In this document: in pieces, positions 51,721 to 60,844 of the stretch
How positions within the stretch are numbered: the first letter of the stretch is position 1
How the letters are laid out: every line of letters begins with the position of its first letter
Source of the DNA: an uncultured virus (IMG/VR IMGVR_UViG_3300010160_000028)
Taxonomy: Duplodnaviria > Heunggongvirae > Uroviricota > Caudoviricetes
Virus record (IMG/VR): IMGVR_UViG_3300010160_000028
Reading direction: 5' to 3' (one strand)
Length of the DNA: 64,000 nucleotides
Made by a program: the position numbers and the translations under genes
Notes under the pieces: generated by a model
The model's database searches: none
The model's input: only the letters and a program-made list of their open reading frames with translations
Told to the model about the DNA's origin: nothing

Positions 51721-52233
51721 ATGACTGCCGTAAACAATATAAACAAAAACTTTCTGTCACCTTTAGGCTATAAGTTTACCTTAGCGCGAGCACCGGCGAT
51801 TAGTTACAATGTACAGAACGTTCGTTTTCCTGGAGTACAGATGAGTAACGGAGAGAGCCCAACTCCATTCGTTCCGATTCCAGTCACAGGCAAACTAACT
51901 TATAGCCCACTCGATCTGACGTTCCGAGTGAATGAAGATATGACAGATTATCTCGAGATCTATAACTGGATGGTAGCACTCGCTTCTCCTACCAGTTTTG
52001 ACGGTTATAAAGCTTTGCAAAATTCTCAGGTCGGCGGTGCAGCTACTTTATATTCGGATCTCAATCTGCAGATTATGAATAGTAGCATGAACTCGAATAT
52101 TATGATAACTTTTTATGATGCATTTCCGATTAGCATAGGAGATATTGAGTTTAATACTACAGATACTAGTGTCAATTATATAGAATGCAGTGTAGAGTTT
52201 AAATATCTAAGGTATGATATCGAAGTTTTATAG
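51721..52233 (+). CDS. gp3: Tail completion/sheath stabiliser protein
   Basis: 'NFLSPLGYKF', 'Y..L.L.F.VNEDM..Y.EIYNW' and 'F.DAFP.S'. Confidence 0.85.
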   Translation: MTAVNNINKNFLSPLGYKFTLARAPAISYNVQNVRFPGVQMSNGESPTPFVPIPVTGKLTYSPLDLTFRVNEDMTDYLEIYNWMVALASPTSFDGYKALQNSQVGGAATLYSDLNLQIMNSSMNSNIMITFYDAFPISIGDIEFNTTDTSVNYIECSVEFKYLRYDIEVL

Positions 52234-52242
52234 GATTTAGTT

Positions 52243-52677
52243 ATGAAAATTGATGACATTTATGCAGAATGGGAAAAGGATTCCCAGATTAATCGCTCTG
52301 AGCTCGGCGACGAGGCGCTCAACATTCCAAAGCTCCATCACAAGTATTTCAAGATCTTTACGCATGAGCGGCTGTTGCTTCGTAAGCAAGAAGTCGAACT
52401 GAAGCAACTGAAGCTCGAGAAGCTGGAGTTTTACACTCTCGGACCGACAGAAGAGTCTCATGAGAAAGGTTGGCGCTTGCCACCGCAAGGAAAAATACTG
52501 AAATCTGAAGTGAATAACTATATCGAAGCAGACAAGGATATGGTGAATCTATCACTGAAAATCGGCATTCAGCACGAGAAGATCGATCTCCTTGAATCCA
52601 TCATCAAGTCTCTCACTGCTCGTGGTTTTAATATTAAGGCCGCTATCGAGTGGGAGCGTTTTAAAGTAGGTATTTAA
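52243..52677 (+). CDS. uvsY: Recombination mediator protein
   Basis: 'W.KDS.I', 'IPKLH.KY' and 'RGF.IK.AIEW.RF'; upstream of uvsW. Confidence 0.9.
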   Translation: MKIDDIYAEWEKDSQINRSELGDEALNIPKLHHKYFKIFTHERLLLRKQEVELKQLKLEKLEFYTLGPTEESHEKGWRLPPQGKILKSEVNNYIEADKDMVNLSLKIGIQHEKIDLLESIIKSLTARGFNIKAAIEWERFKVGI

Positions 52678-54140
52678 TGAGTTCAGTGCACCTTAAATTT
52701 ATTAATAATGTCCACGTCAAAGTGGAGGCAGAGCCATCGACTATTATGGAACTGGCAGATGCGTTTACGTTCTATGCTGAGAACTATAAGTTCCATCCAA
52801 AGTATCGAGCCAGAATGTGGGATGGAAAGATTCGTCTCGTTAACAATCTAACTGGATATGTATACGCCGGATTGGCAAGGCATATTAAAAAGTTTTGTGA
52901 TGCTCGAAACTATACATTCTCGTTTGATGAAGAGATGTACTATGATGGTGTATCTGAGCATGAGTTGAGAGAATTCATAGATACTCTTAGAATTCCTGAA
53001 AAGTATGCAATTCGAGACTATCAGTTTGATTCAATCTTAAAGTGTATTCGATCGAATCGAAGAACATTAGTATCGCCAACTTCTTCTGGTAAATCATTGA
53101 TGATCTACATTCTGATGAGATGGTATCAGAAACACAAAGGTTTGATTATCGTTCCTACGATTGGGCTGGTAAATCAGATGGAGAGTGACTTTCGAGAGTA
53201 TGGATATACAGGTGATATTCATATGTCGACTCAAGGTTTGAGTAAGGCGAATGATATTGAAGCCGAACTTGTTATTACAACGTGGCAGTCACTCAATAAT
53301 GGTAAGAATAAGATGCCAAAACCTTGGTATCAACAGTTTGGAGTCGTATTCGGAGATGAAGCACATGGAGCAAAAGCGACTTCGCTTATACAAATTCTTA
53401 GCAGTCTTACTGATTGTAAGTATCGTTTTGGTACTACCGGCACGCTCGATGGTACACCTCTTAATGAGACAACAATCGAAGGTCTCTTCGGTCCAAAGTA
53501 CAAAGCAGTTACCACAAAAGAGCTCATGGATCAAGGATACGTATCTAAACTCAAGATCAAGTGTATTGTCCTTAAGTATGATGAACAGACAAGCAAAGAG
53601 CTCAAAGGAAAAACATACCAAGAAGAAATCGATTTCCTCGTTGGTAGTGAAGCTCGGAATAAGTTCATTCGCAACCTCGGACTCTCTTTAAAAGGTAATA
53701 AGCTTGTTTTCTTTCGAATTGTCGATCATGGTAAAACACTCTATGATCTCATCACAAGAAGTACTAATCATAATGTTTTTTACATCGATGGTTCTGTTAG
53801 TGGTGATATGCGAGAGTCTATACGAAAGGCTCTCGAAGAAGAAGAAAACGCCATCCTCCTCGCCTCGCTCGGAACGACATCGACAGGCGTGAGTATCAAT
53901 CGACTACATCATATGATCGCCGCTTCTCCATCGAAGTCGAAGATTAAAGTTCTACAGTCCATCGGTCGTATGCTTCGATTGCATGAAGAGAAACAAGAAC
54001 ACGGCGCCATCTTATATGATATCGTCGATGATCTCTCTTACAAATCCCATCAAAACTTTACGCTCAAGCATTTTATTGAAAGAACAAAGATCTATGATGC
54101 TGAGCAGTTTGACTACGAAATCTATAACGTAAAGGTTTAA
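52677..54140 (+). CDS. uvsW: SF2 DNA helicase
   Basis: 'WDGKIRL', 'SPTSSGKS', 'DEAH' and 'LQSIGR.LR'. Confidence 0.95.
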   Translation: MSSVHLKFINNVHVKVEAEPSTIMELADAFTFYAENYKFHPKYRARMWDGKIRLVNNLTGYVYAGLARHIKKFCDARNYTFSFDEEMYYDGVSEHELREFIDTLRIPEKYAIRDYQFDSILKCIRSNRRTLVSPTSSGKSLMIYILMRWYQKHKGLIIVPTIGLVNQMESDFREYGYTGDIHMSTQGLSKANDIEAELVITTWQSLNNGKNKMPKPWYQQFGVVFGDEAHGAKATSLIQILSSLTDCKYRFGTTGTLDGTPLNETTIEGLFGPKYKAVTTKELMDQGYVSKLKIKCIVLKYDEQTSKELKGKTYQEEIDFLVGSEARNKFIRNLGLSLKGNKLVFFRIVDHGKTLYDLITRSTNHNVFYIDGSVSGDMRESIRKALEEEENAILLASLGTTSTGVSINRLHHMIAASPSKSKIKVLQSIGRMLRLHEEKQEHGAILYDIVDDLSYKSHQNFTLKHFIERTKIYDAEQFDYEIYNVKV

Positions 54141-54142
54141 TT

Positions 54143-54526
54143 ATGATAAAAGTATTACATCTGATTAACGGCGAAGTCCTGATCGGTAAAATCAAAAATG
54201 AAACAGATAGATCGGCGACATATACAATTGAACAACCATTTATGATGGATATTGTCGACGACTCAGATGAAGGTTCTGGTATTCGTATGGATTATTTGTT
54301 AGCATTTTCGAAAGATAACTGTGTACATATAAAGAAAAACGTGGTATTGTATAACTATAATCCTTCGAATAGACTCGAAGAATATTATGGCCGACTCGTT
54401 GAATTTACGGCTAAACGCGATAATGATGTCATGTTAAAACAAACCCTCGAGGGTATGGATGAGATGGATCGTAAGATGAAATCTTTTCTGACACAAAGAC
54501 TCGTAGGAAAAAGTACAGTAAATTGA
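54143..54526 (+). CDS. Hypothetical protein (Sm-like N-terminus)
   Basis: 'KVLHLINGEVLIG' pattern; lies between uvsW and gp55. Confidence 0.6.
   Translation: MIKVLHLINGEVLIGKIKNETDRSATYTIEQPFMMDIVDDSDEGSGIRMDYLLAFSKDNCVHIKKNVVLYNYNPSNRLEEYYGRLVEFTAKRDNDVMLKQTLEGMDEMDRKMKSFLTQRLVGKSTVN
54322..54350 (+). promoter_or_regulatory. Putative pre-replicative promoter TGTACA-N17-TATTGT upstream of gp55
   Basis: Member of the recurring motif, with TGn extended -10. Confidence 0.55.
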
Positions 54527-54535
54527 GAAAGTTGA

Positions 54536-55099
54536 ATGATGATTAAAAAGAAACCGACTACCCACTATATCGACAATAAGTTGTTTTATACCGAGATGGT
54601 CAAGTTCTGGAATTCTTGTCAAGAAGCGAAGAAAAATGGTGAACCAAGGCCAGCGATTCCGAATTACGTAGGCAAGTGCATCATGATGATTGCGCAACGC
54701 CTCTCAACTCGACCTAACTTTATCGGATATTCGTATCGTGAAGAGATGGTCGGAGATGGTATTGAAAACTGCTTGACATACATTCATAACTTCAATCCAG
54801 ACAAATCTTCGAATCCATTCGCATACTTTACTCAAATCATTTACTATGCATTTCTACGCCGAATTCAAAAAGAAAAGAAGCACACATATATCAAGCACAA
54901 AGCTTTTGAGAATAGCATGATCATGAACACACTCGTGGACATGGCGCCTGAAGATCGATCGCATTTTAATGCCGCGTTTATCAATGTCTCAGAAAAGCTT
55001 GGTGAATTGGTAGAGAAATTTGAAGCAAAGAAACCACCAAAGCCTGTCGAAAAGAAAGGCGTAGAGAAGTTTATCGAGGACGAAGAAGATGAAGGATAA
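54536..55099 (+). CDS. gp55: Late-transcription sigma factor
   Basis: 'HYIDNK', 'RPNF.GY.YREEM..DGIENC' and 'NPFAYFTQIIYYAFLRRI.KEKK'. Confidence 0.95.
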   Translation: MMIKKKPTTHYIDNKLFYTEMVKFWNSCQEAKKNGEPRPAIPNYVGKCIMMIAQRLSTRPNFIGYSYREEMVGDGIENCLTYIHNFNPDKSSNPFAYFTQIIYYAFLRRIQKEKKHTYIKHKAFENSMIMNTLVDMAPEDRSHFNAAFINVSEKLGELVEKFEAKKPPKPVEKKGVEKFIEDEEDEG

Positions 55100-55259
55100 T
55101 ATTCCAACACTCATTGAACAGATCAAAGAAAATATGCTTGACGAAGGAACACCGAAACATATTCGATATAACTATATGGTCTCAATGGAAGCCATTCGTG
55201 ATTATGCAGATAAAGCATTACGTGAATATCACAGTAACAAAAAGAAGATTTTTAAATGA
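55089..55259 (+). CDS. Small hypothetical protein (56 aa; absent from ORF track)
   Basis: Translated by hand: MKDNIPTLIEQIKENMLDEGTPKHIRYNYMVSMEAIRDYADKALREYHSNKKKIFK; ATGA overlap with the gp47 start. Confidence 0.7.
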   Translation: MKDNIPTLIEQIKENMLDEGTPKHIRYNYMVSMEAIRDYADKALREYHSNKKKIFK

Positions 55260-56320
55260 AGATTGCTTTAATTACTGACACCCATTGGGGTGCTCGTGGA
55301 GATTCTGCGGCTTTCGCAGAATATTTTAATAGGTTTTATTATGAACATTTCTTTCCGTACCTTTCTGCTAATGGTATTAGCCGCATTTTTCATTTGGGTG
55401 ACATTGTTGATCGACGAAAGTATATCAACTTTGTTACAGCCAGACATTTACGGCGATTCGTCGAACACTGTGATACTTCCGGAATCAGACTAGACGTTAT
55501 CATTGGTAATCATGATACTTCGTTTAAGAATACGAACGAAGTGAATTCTATGCGCGAATTGTTTGATCACTCGACGTATGACATTCACTATTACTCAGAT
55601 CCTACAGAAGTAGATATCGACGGCTTGAGTGTTGCCGTACTTCCTTGGATTTGTTCTGGTAACTATGACGAAAGCATGAAGTTTATCGATAACACTTCTG
55701 CGCAGGTTTTATTTGGGCATCTCGAACTCGCTGGCTTCGAGATGTATAAGGGTGCAGTAAATGATCATGGATTTAGCGCTAGCATGTTTGATAAGTTTGA
55801 TGTCGTGTGTAGTGGGCATTTCCATCATAAATCCACGCGTGGTAATATCAATTATCTCGGCGCACCCTATGAAATGTCTTGGTCTGACTATGATGATCCA
55901 AGGGGCTTTCATATATTTGACACAGACACTCGTGAGCTAACATTTATACAGAATCCTTATACGATGTTTCAGAAGTGGTTTTATGATGATGCCAAGTGGC
56001 CTAACTTCGAATCGATTCATGAGTTAGATTTCGATACTGTCAAAGGTAACTATGTGAAGGTAATTGTAAAGAACAAGAACAACCCGTTCTGGTTCGATAC
56101 ATATATTGACAAGCTCGAAAAGGCAGGTGCTCTTGACATACAGGTGGTCGAAGATAATCTCAATCTTCAATTGGAAGATGACCGTGACATTGTCAATGAA
56201 GCGGAAGATACACTCACAATCCTCACCAAAGTGATTGACCAGTGGGAAACTCCAGTGGATAAAAAAAGATTGTACAATTTCTTAACAACGTTGTATGGTG
56301 AAGCTTTAAGTGTGGAGTAA
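55256..56320 (+). CDS. gp47: Recombination endonuclease subunit (Mre11/SbcD-like)
   Basis: Metallophosphoesterase motifs 'TDTHWG', 'LGDI.DRRK', 'GNHD', 'GHLE' and 'SGHFH'. Confidence 0.95.
   Translation: MKIALITDTHWGARGDSAAFAEYFNRFYYEHFFPYLSANGISRIFHLGDIVDRRKYINFVTARHLRRFVEHCDTSGIRLDVIIGNHDTSFKNTNEVNSMRELFDHSTYDIHYYSDPTEVDIDGLSVAVLPWICSGNYDESMKFIDNTSAQVLFGHLELAGFEMYKGAVNDHGFSASMFDKFDVVCSGHFHHKSTRGNINYLGAPYEMSWSDYDDPRGFHIFDTDTRELTFIQNPYTMFQKWFYDDAKWPNFESIHELDFDTVKGNYVKVIVKNKNNPFWFDTYIDKLEKAGALDIQVVEDNLNLQLEDDRDIVNEAEDTLTILTKVIDQWETPVDKKRLYNFLTTLYGEALSVE
56271..56299 (+). promoter_or_regulatory. Putative promoter TGTACA-N17-TATGGT upstream of gp46
   Basis: Member of the recurring motif, with an A-tract upstream. 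Confidence 0.5.
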
Positions 56321-56322
56321 TC

Positions 56323-58038
56323 ATGATTTATTTTAACAAACTCCGTTGGCAGAATCTTCTGTCGACTGGAAATCAAATGACTGAAGTCCAATTGGATCGC
56401 AGCAAATCTACACTCATTCTCGGTGAAAATGGCGCAGGCAAGTCGACGATCTTGGATGCGCTGTCTTATGTCTTGTATGGTAAAGCTTTCCGTAATATCA
56501 ATAAGCCACAGCTTGTCAATTCGATGACAAATAAGAACCTTTTAGTTGAATGTGAGTTCCTGATAGGAAAAAACGCCTTTCTTGTAAAAAGAGGTATGCG
56601 ACCTAACCTCTTCGAGATATATCAAAATGGTGTACTATTAAATCAAAATAGCTCCAATAAAGATTATCAAGATTACTTTGAGAAGCAATTATTGAAATTA
56701 AGTTTCAAATCCTTCAGCCAGATCGTAGTATTAGGCTCTGCAAACTATTTGCCCTTTATGCAGCTCCCAGCTCATGGGCGAAGAGAAGTCATCGAAGATC
56801 TTCTGGACATACAAATCTTTAGTACGATGAATACGCTACTCAAAGAAAAGATCATTGAGAATCGGAATGAACTTCACGAGTCTGATCATAAGATTAACTT
56901 GATCGAAAACAAGATCGAGCTGGCAGAGAAGCACATCGTATCTCTTCGTACCAACAATGACGAGCTGATCAAAGCTAAGCAAGGCATGATCGATGAACTC
57001 GAAGATCGTGTATCAGAAACTGAAACTGCTATTCAAGTTGTGTCTGATAACATCTTATCTCTGAGTGCACAGATCGAGGATCATGACAAGGTATCGAAGC
57101 GTAAGCTGAAGCTACGTCAGATGGAGACCGATCTCGAGACCAAGATTCGTAAGTTTAAGAAAGAGATCTCGTTCTTTCACGATCACGATAACTGCCCGAC
57201 ATGTCGTCAAGGTATCGACCATGATTTCAAAGAAGAATGGATTAGTAATCGCACGAATAAGACAAGTGAGATTGAAACTGCCATGGTTGAGATCGAAAGA
57301 CAGATGGAAAACATCGAGACTCGTCTGAACGAGATCGCTGGTATCAATACACAGATCACGTCTCTCAATACACAGATCACTGGTCATAATGCTGACATTC
57401 GTTCGTGGCAGAATTCAATCAAGACTCTCAACGCAGAGATCGAATCGATTCGTAATAATACGCTTGCGATTGATACGAGCACTGATGATGTCGATGTTTT
57501 CAAGACTGAGTTAAAGAATACCAAAGCTCGCAAAGAAGAACTTACACATCATCGTTCGGTTCTGGAAGTAGCAGGTGTTTTGCTCAAAGATACAGGTATC
57601 AAGACGAAGATCATTAAGCAATACGTTCCTGTCATGAATAAATTGATCAATAAGTATCTCGCAGCCATGGACTTTTTTGTCCAGTTCGAATTGGACGAAA
57701 ACTTTAATGAAACTATTAAGTCGCGTCACAGAGACGATTTCAGCTATGCCTCTTTCTCAGAAGGAGAAAAGATGCGCATTGATCTTAGCCTTATGTTTAC
57801 CTGGAGGGCTATTGCTAAGCTGCGCAATTCTGCTTCGACCAACCTTCTCCTCATGGATGAAGTCTTCGACTCGTCGCTCGACGTCGGGGGAACAGAAGAA
57901 TTCATGAAGATCCTCGAAGGCTTGACACAAGATACGAACACTTTTGTGATCTCACATAAGGGCGATCAGCTCTATGATAAGTTCCATTCGGTGATTAAGT
58001 TTGAGAAGCATAAAAATTTCAGTAGGATTGCAGCATGA
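56323..58038 (+). CDS. gp46: Recombination endonuclease ATPase subunit (Rad50/SbcC-like)
   Basis: 'GENGAGKST', zinc hook 'CPTC', 'FSEGEK.RID' and 'DEVFDSSLD'. Confidence 0.96.
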   Translation: MIYFNKLRWQNLLSTGNQMTEVQLDRSKSTLILGENGAGKSTILDALSYVLYGKAFRNINKPQLVNSMTNKNLLVECEFLIGKNAFLVKRGMRPNLFEIYQNGVLLNQNSSNKDYQDYFEKQLLKLSFKSFSQIVVLGSANYLPFMQLPAHGRREVIEDLLDIQIFSTMNTLLKEKIIENRNELHESDHKINLIENKIELAEKHIVSLRTNNDELIKAKQGMIDELEDRVSETETAIQVVSDNILSLSAQIEDHDKVSKRKLKLRQMETDLETKIRKFKKEISFFHDHDNCPTCRQGIDHDFKEEWISNRTNKTSEIETAMVEIERQMENIETRLNEIAGINTQITSLNTQITGHNADIRSWQNSIKTLNAEIESIRNNTLAIDTSTDDVDVFKTELKNTKARKEELTHHRSVLEVAGVLLKDTGIKTKIIKQYVPVMNKLINKYLAAMDFFVQFELDENFNETIKSRHRDDFSYASFSEGEKMRIDLSLMFTWRAIAKLRNSASTNLLLMDEVFDSSLDVGGTEEFMKILEGLTQDTNTFVISHKGDQLYDKFHSVIKFEKHKNFSRIAA

Positions 58039-58175
58039 ACCAGTGGATTGAAGAGAAAGATGGCAAACAGTATTGGTGTCAATACTTTTCGAAAGATGAA
58101 CTCATACTTCTGAAAAAGTATCATACAGCAATTAATAGAATGACAAAACTAGATTATAGCAGGATTATCAAATGA
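58035..58175 (+). CDS. Small hypothetical protein (46 aa; absent from ORF track)
   Basis: ATGA overlaps at both ends (gp46 stop and def start); begins MNQWIEEKDGKQYWCQYF. Confidence 0.55.
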   Translation: MNQWIEEKDGKQYWCQYFSKDELILLKKYHTAINRMTKLDYSRIIK

Positions 58176-58732
58176 TCAAAGACATCTTAATGCATACGGA
58201 TCCGATCTTGAAAGAAGAGATGCCGAAGTTTGATTTCGATAATCCTATAGTCAATGCTGTAGAACTCTACAACGATCTTGCTGAGACGATGATCGATGCT
58301 GAAGGCATGGGACTTTCGGCCAATCAGATTGGTATACGTACTCGTATGTTTGTGATGCGATCAGAGAATGTCATCGGTGTGATCAATCCGAAGATTGTCG
58401 ACGTATCTTCTGAGACGGTCGTCCTTGAAGAAGGCTGCTTGTCATATCCGAATCTTTTCGTCAAGATCAAGCGCCCGAAGTTTATTAAGGTTCGCTTCAC
58501 ACATCCTGATGGCACGACTGAGACGAAGAAGTTTGACGGTATTACTGCTCGTGTATTCCAGCATGAGCTCGATCACTTAAATGGAATTCAGCATACCAAG
58601 CGAGCGAATACATATCATATGGAACAAGCAAAAAAGCTAGCGGCGAAAATAAACCGAAAAAACGGTGTACTTAAACCGAAAAATGAGTTATCTTTAGAAG
58701 TACAACAAATGATGGATTGGTTAAAAGCATGA
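58172..58732 (+). CDS. def: Peptide deformylase
   Basis: All three motifs present: 'GMGLSANQIG', 'EGCLS' and 'QHELDHLNG'. Confidence 0.95.
   Translation: MIKDILMHTDPILKEEMPKFDFDNPIVNAVELYNDLAETMIDAEGMGLSANQIGIRTRMFVMRSENVIGVINPKIVDVSSETVVLEEGCLSYPNLFVKIKRPKFIKVRFTHPDGTTETKKFDGITARVFQHELDHLNGIQHTKRANTYHMEQAKKLAAKINRKNGVLKPKNELSLEVQQMMDWLKA
58666..58694 (+). promoter_or_regulatory. Putative promoter TGTACT-N17-TATCTT
   Basis: One-mismatch member of the recurring motif, upstream of the NTP-PPase gene. Confidence 0.4.
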
Positions 58733-59136
58733 GTGAAGATTGGGTAAGAGATATTTCTGGTATGCATCGGTATTACGGTGTCAATGAGAAGATTCAAGAT
58801 TTTGATGCCGAGAAGCTGAAGCAGTTTCTTCGGTTTCGCATGTCGTTCCTCGACGAAGAACTGACTGAAACAAAGAATGCGGTGAACGCCAATGACGCAG
58901 AAGAAATCGTCGATGGTCTAATCGACCTTTGCGTGGTGGCCATCGGTACATTGGATTCGATGGGTATTGATTCGTATGAGGCATGGAATCGTGTTCTACG
59001 CGCCAACCTTCAAAAACAAGTCGGAGTAAAGCCAGAACGACCGAATCCTCTCGGTCTTCCAGATCTGATCAAACCTGCTGGTTGGAAGGCTCCATCCCAT
59101 ACTAATAATCATGGATTGCTAGCAAAGCTTAAGTAA
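58729..59136 (+). CDS. All-alpha NTP pyrophosphohydrolase (MazG/PRA-PH-like)
   Basis: 'FLDEELTE', 'EEIVDGLIDLCVVA.G', 'V.RAN..K' and 'LIKP.GW..P'. Confidence 0.82.
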   Translation: MSEDWVRDISGMHRYYGVNEKIQDFDAEKLKQFLRFRMSFLDEELTETKNAVNANDAEEIVDGLIDLCVVAIGTLDSMGIDSYEAWNRVLRANLQKQVGVKPERPNPLGLPDLIKPAGWKAPSHTNNHGLLAKLK

Positions 59137-59639
59137 TGTGGATTATTGACAATTTTTTACCTGACTCTTTGTATCAAGATCTTAAATCCTTAATATTAGG
59201 AGATAACATCGAATGGAACTATTGTCCAGGTGCTACATATAAAGATCAGCACGATGAATTCTATTTTGTGCATAGTGTGATAGCCGAGAATTATACATCA
59301 CCTCACTTTAAAGATATTAAACCGATACTTTATTTCATGGATGATAAACTCGGTTTTGTCATTAATAAAATTATAAGAATTAACTGTACGCTTACTACCA
59401 ATCAAGGTGTACGTAAGCGTACGGCTATGCATATTGATTTTGACGAACCCCATTACACAGGCATATACTATATCAACGATAACAATGGGCCTACTGTGGT
59501 AGAAGATACCGAGGTTGAATGTGTAGCCAATCGATTCTTACTATTTGAAGGATCTAAGATGCATAGTGGTACCTTACAAGACGACTGTCATGCCAGAGTT
59601 AACATTGTTTTCAATATGCAAGGTTTTTTTCGAAAATAA
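59136..59639 (+). CDS. 2OG-Fe(II) oxygenase
   Basis: 'IIDNFL', 'HID', 'IYYINDNNG.T' and 'NR.LLF.G...H......R.NI.FN'. Confidence 0.75.
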   Translation: MWIIDNFLPDSLYQDLKSLILGDNIEWNYCPGATYKDQHDEFYFVHSVIAENYTSPHFKDIKPILYFMDDKLGFVINKIIRINCTLTTNQGVRKRTAMHIDFDEPHYTGIYYINDNNGPTVVEDTEVECVANRFLLFEGSKMHSGTLQDDCHARVNIVFNMQGFFRK

Positions 59640-59642
59640 ACA

Positions 59643-59671
59643 TGTACAATTAATCCAATTCTTGGTATAGT
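59643..59671 (+). promoter_or_regulatory. Putative promoter TGTACA-N17-TATAGT
   Basis: Intergenic, with TGn extended -10 and AT-rich upstream sequence, followed by an AAGGA RBS. Confidence 0.65.
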
Positions 59672-59692
59672 GGACCTATAATCAAGAAGGAA

Positions 59693-59986
59693 ATGATAAT
59701 GACTAAGTTTGTGAAGAGCAATTTTGAATACCATGGCGGATACCTCCATTACAATACCGCCGCCGGCGAACGTAAGTTTGTCGCCCGCTTTAAGCGTGGC
59801 CCAATTACCAAAGCCAAGTTTCAAGCCGCGCTGATCAAGTATTACGATGTAGATGCCTACTTCGCCCGTCTCGTTGGACCTTACAACGCATATGGTCATA
59901 CTCCTTTTGGAATGATGATGTATGACGGCATTCTTTGCCGCCATTACAAAACTCACGAGCTCATCCTTGACGGAAAGGCACTCTAA
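59693..59986 (+). CDS. Hypothetical protein
   Basis: 97-aa ORF with RBS and upstream promoter. Confidence 0.7.
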   Translation: MIMTKFVKSNFEYHGGYLHYNTAAGERKFVARFKRGPITKAKFQAALIKYYDVDAYFARLVGPYNAYGHTPFGMMMYDGILCRHYKTHELILDGKAL

Positions 59987-60264
59987 TGGATAAGTATGAC
60001 ATCCTTCGCTCTCTTCCGAGTTTACCTCTTTTTAAGGCCCGTGACTTTGCTATAGCAATTCTTCGTGAAATCCCTGTACCTCCGATGACTAATAGCAGTA
60101 TACCAGCTATGAGAAAGCGTGCTAGTGTGAATAAACTCATTCGTGACATTGAAAATGCAAACTCACCGTTTTCTATTAGCCAGACTATGTGGAATCTTGA
60201 TCAAGCCAAAGCGGGTTTGAATGTAGCAAACTCCGCGTGGGACAAACATTACAAAAGTATTTAA
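59986..60264 (+). CDS. Hypothetical protein
   Basis: 92-aa ORF, TAATG-coupled. Confidence 0.65.
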   Translation: MDKYDILRSLPSLPLFKARDFAIAILREIPVPPMTNSSIPAMRKRASVNKLIRDIENANSPFSISQTMWNLDQAKAGLNVANSAWDKHYKSI

Positions 60265-60272
60265 ATTAAATG

Positions 60273-60301
60273 TGTACATATTATGAAAGATGTGGTAGAT
60301 T
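60273..60301 (+). promoter_or_regulatory. Putative promoter TGTACA-N17-TAGATT
   Basis: Intergenic, with TGn extended -10; the next ATG lies only 6 nt past the -10 hexamer. Confidence 0.62.
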
Positions 60302-60307
60302 AAAATT

Positions 60308-60844
60308 ATGACTGAACTATTAGAAAAACTCAAAACCATCTTTGCAACAACCGAGCCTGGCTTGGTAATCGACAAAGAATTCCTCGAACTCCGTGAAACT
60401 ATGAAGTCACGCCTCAATCAAGGCACTCGAAACGACTTCAAGTTTACCAAAGACGTCGACTGTCTGATGCTCGAAGAATGGCTCATCAAGAAAAACATCG
60501 TTCTTGGTCCGCTGCCTGAGCACTGTGAAAAAAGCGGAGCATGCGTTTATGACGTTCGCGTCGACGATGCTTACATCGATTTCAAATGCATCGATGAGAA
60601 CCTATACTATAACGTTTCTGAACAAAAGATGAATACACACCCATGGGTAGAAGCTGGCATTAAAGCTGGACGCTTGACTCATTATTGTTTTTATCGGATG
60701 TATCGGCCTGAAGATCGACCACTCCAAGAAAATGATGTAGTGACATTCGAATTAATCAATGTACTTAATTCGCAATATGTAGTAGATTCATTAATGCCTT
60801 CCAAATTCGATGGCAAATTTTATAAGGTGCCTAAATATGTCTAA
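60308..60844 (+). CDS. Hypothetical protein, possible PD-(D/E)xK nuclease
   Basis: 'E.W' helix followed by 'YDVRVDDAYIDFKC' (D-x7-D-x-K). Confidence 0.45.
   Translation: MTELLEKLKTIFATTEPGLVIDKEFLELRETMKSRLNQGTRNDFKFTKDVDCLMLEEWLIKKNIVLGPLPEHCEKSGACVYDVRVDDAYIDFKCIDENLYYNVSEQKMNTHPWVEAGIKAGRLTHYCFYRMYRPEDRPLQENDVVTFELINVLNSQYVVDSLMPSKFDGKFYKVPKYV

Noticed and set aside
39850..54140. Inteins, introns or homing endonucleases in terminase, portal, capsid or uvsW
   Set aside because: The ORFs are contiguous and of ordinary length; no splice-junction, HNH, GIY-YIG or LAGLIDADG motifs were seen.
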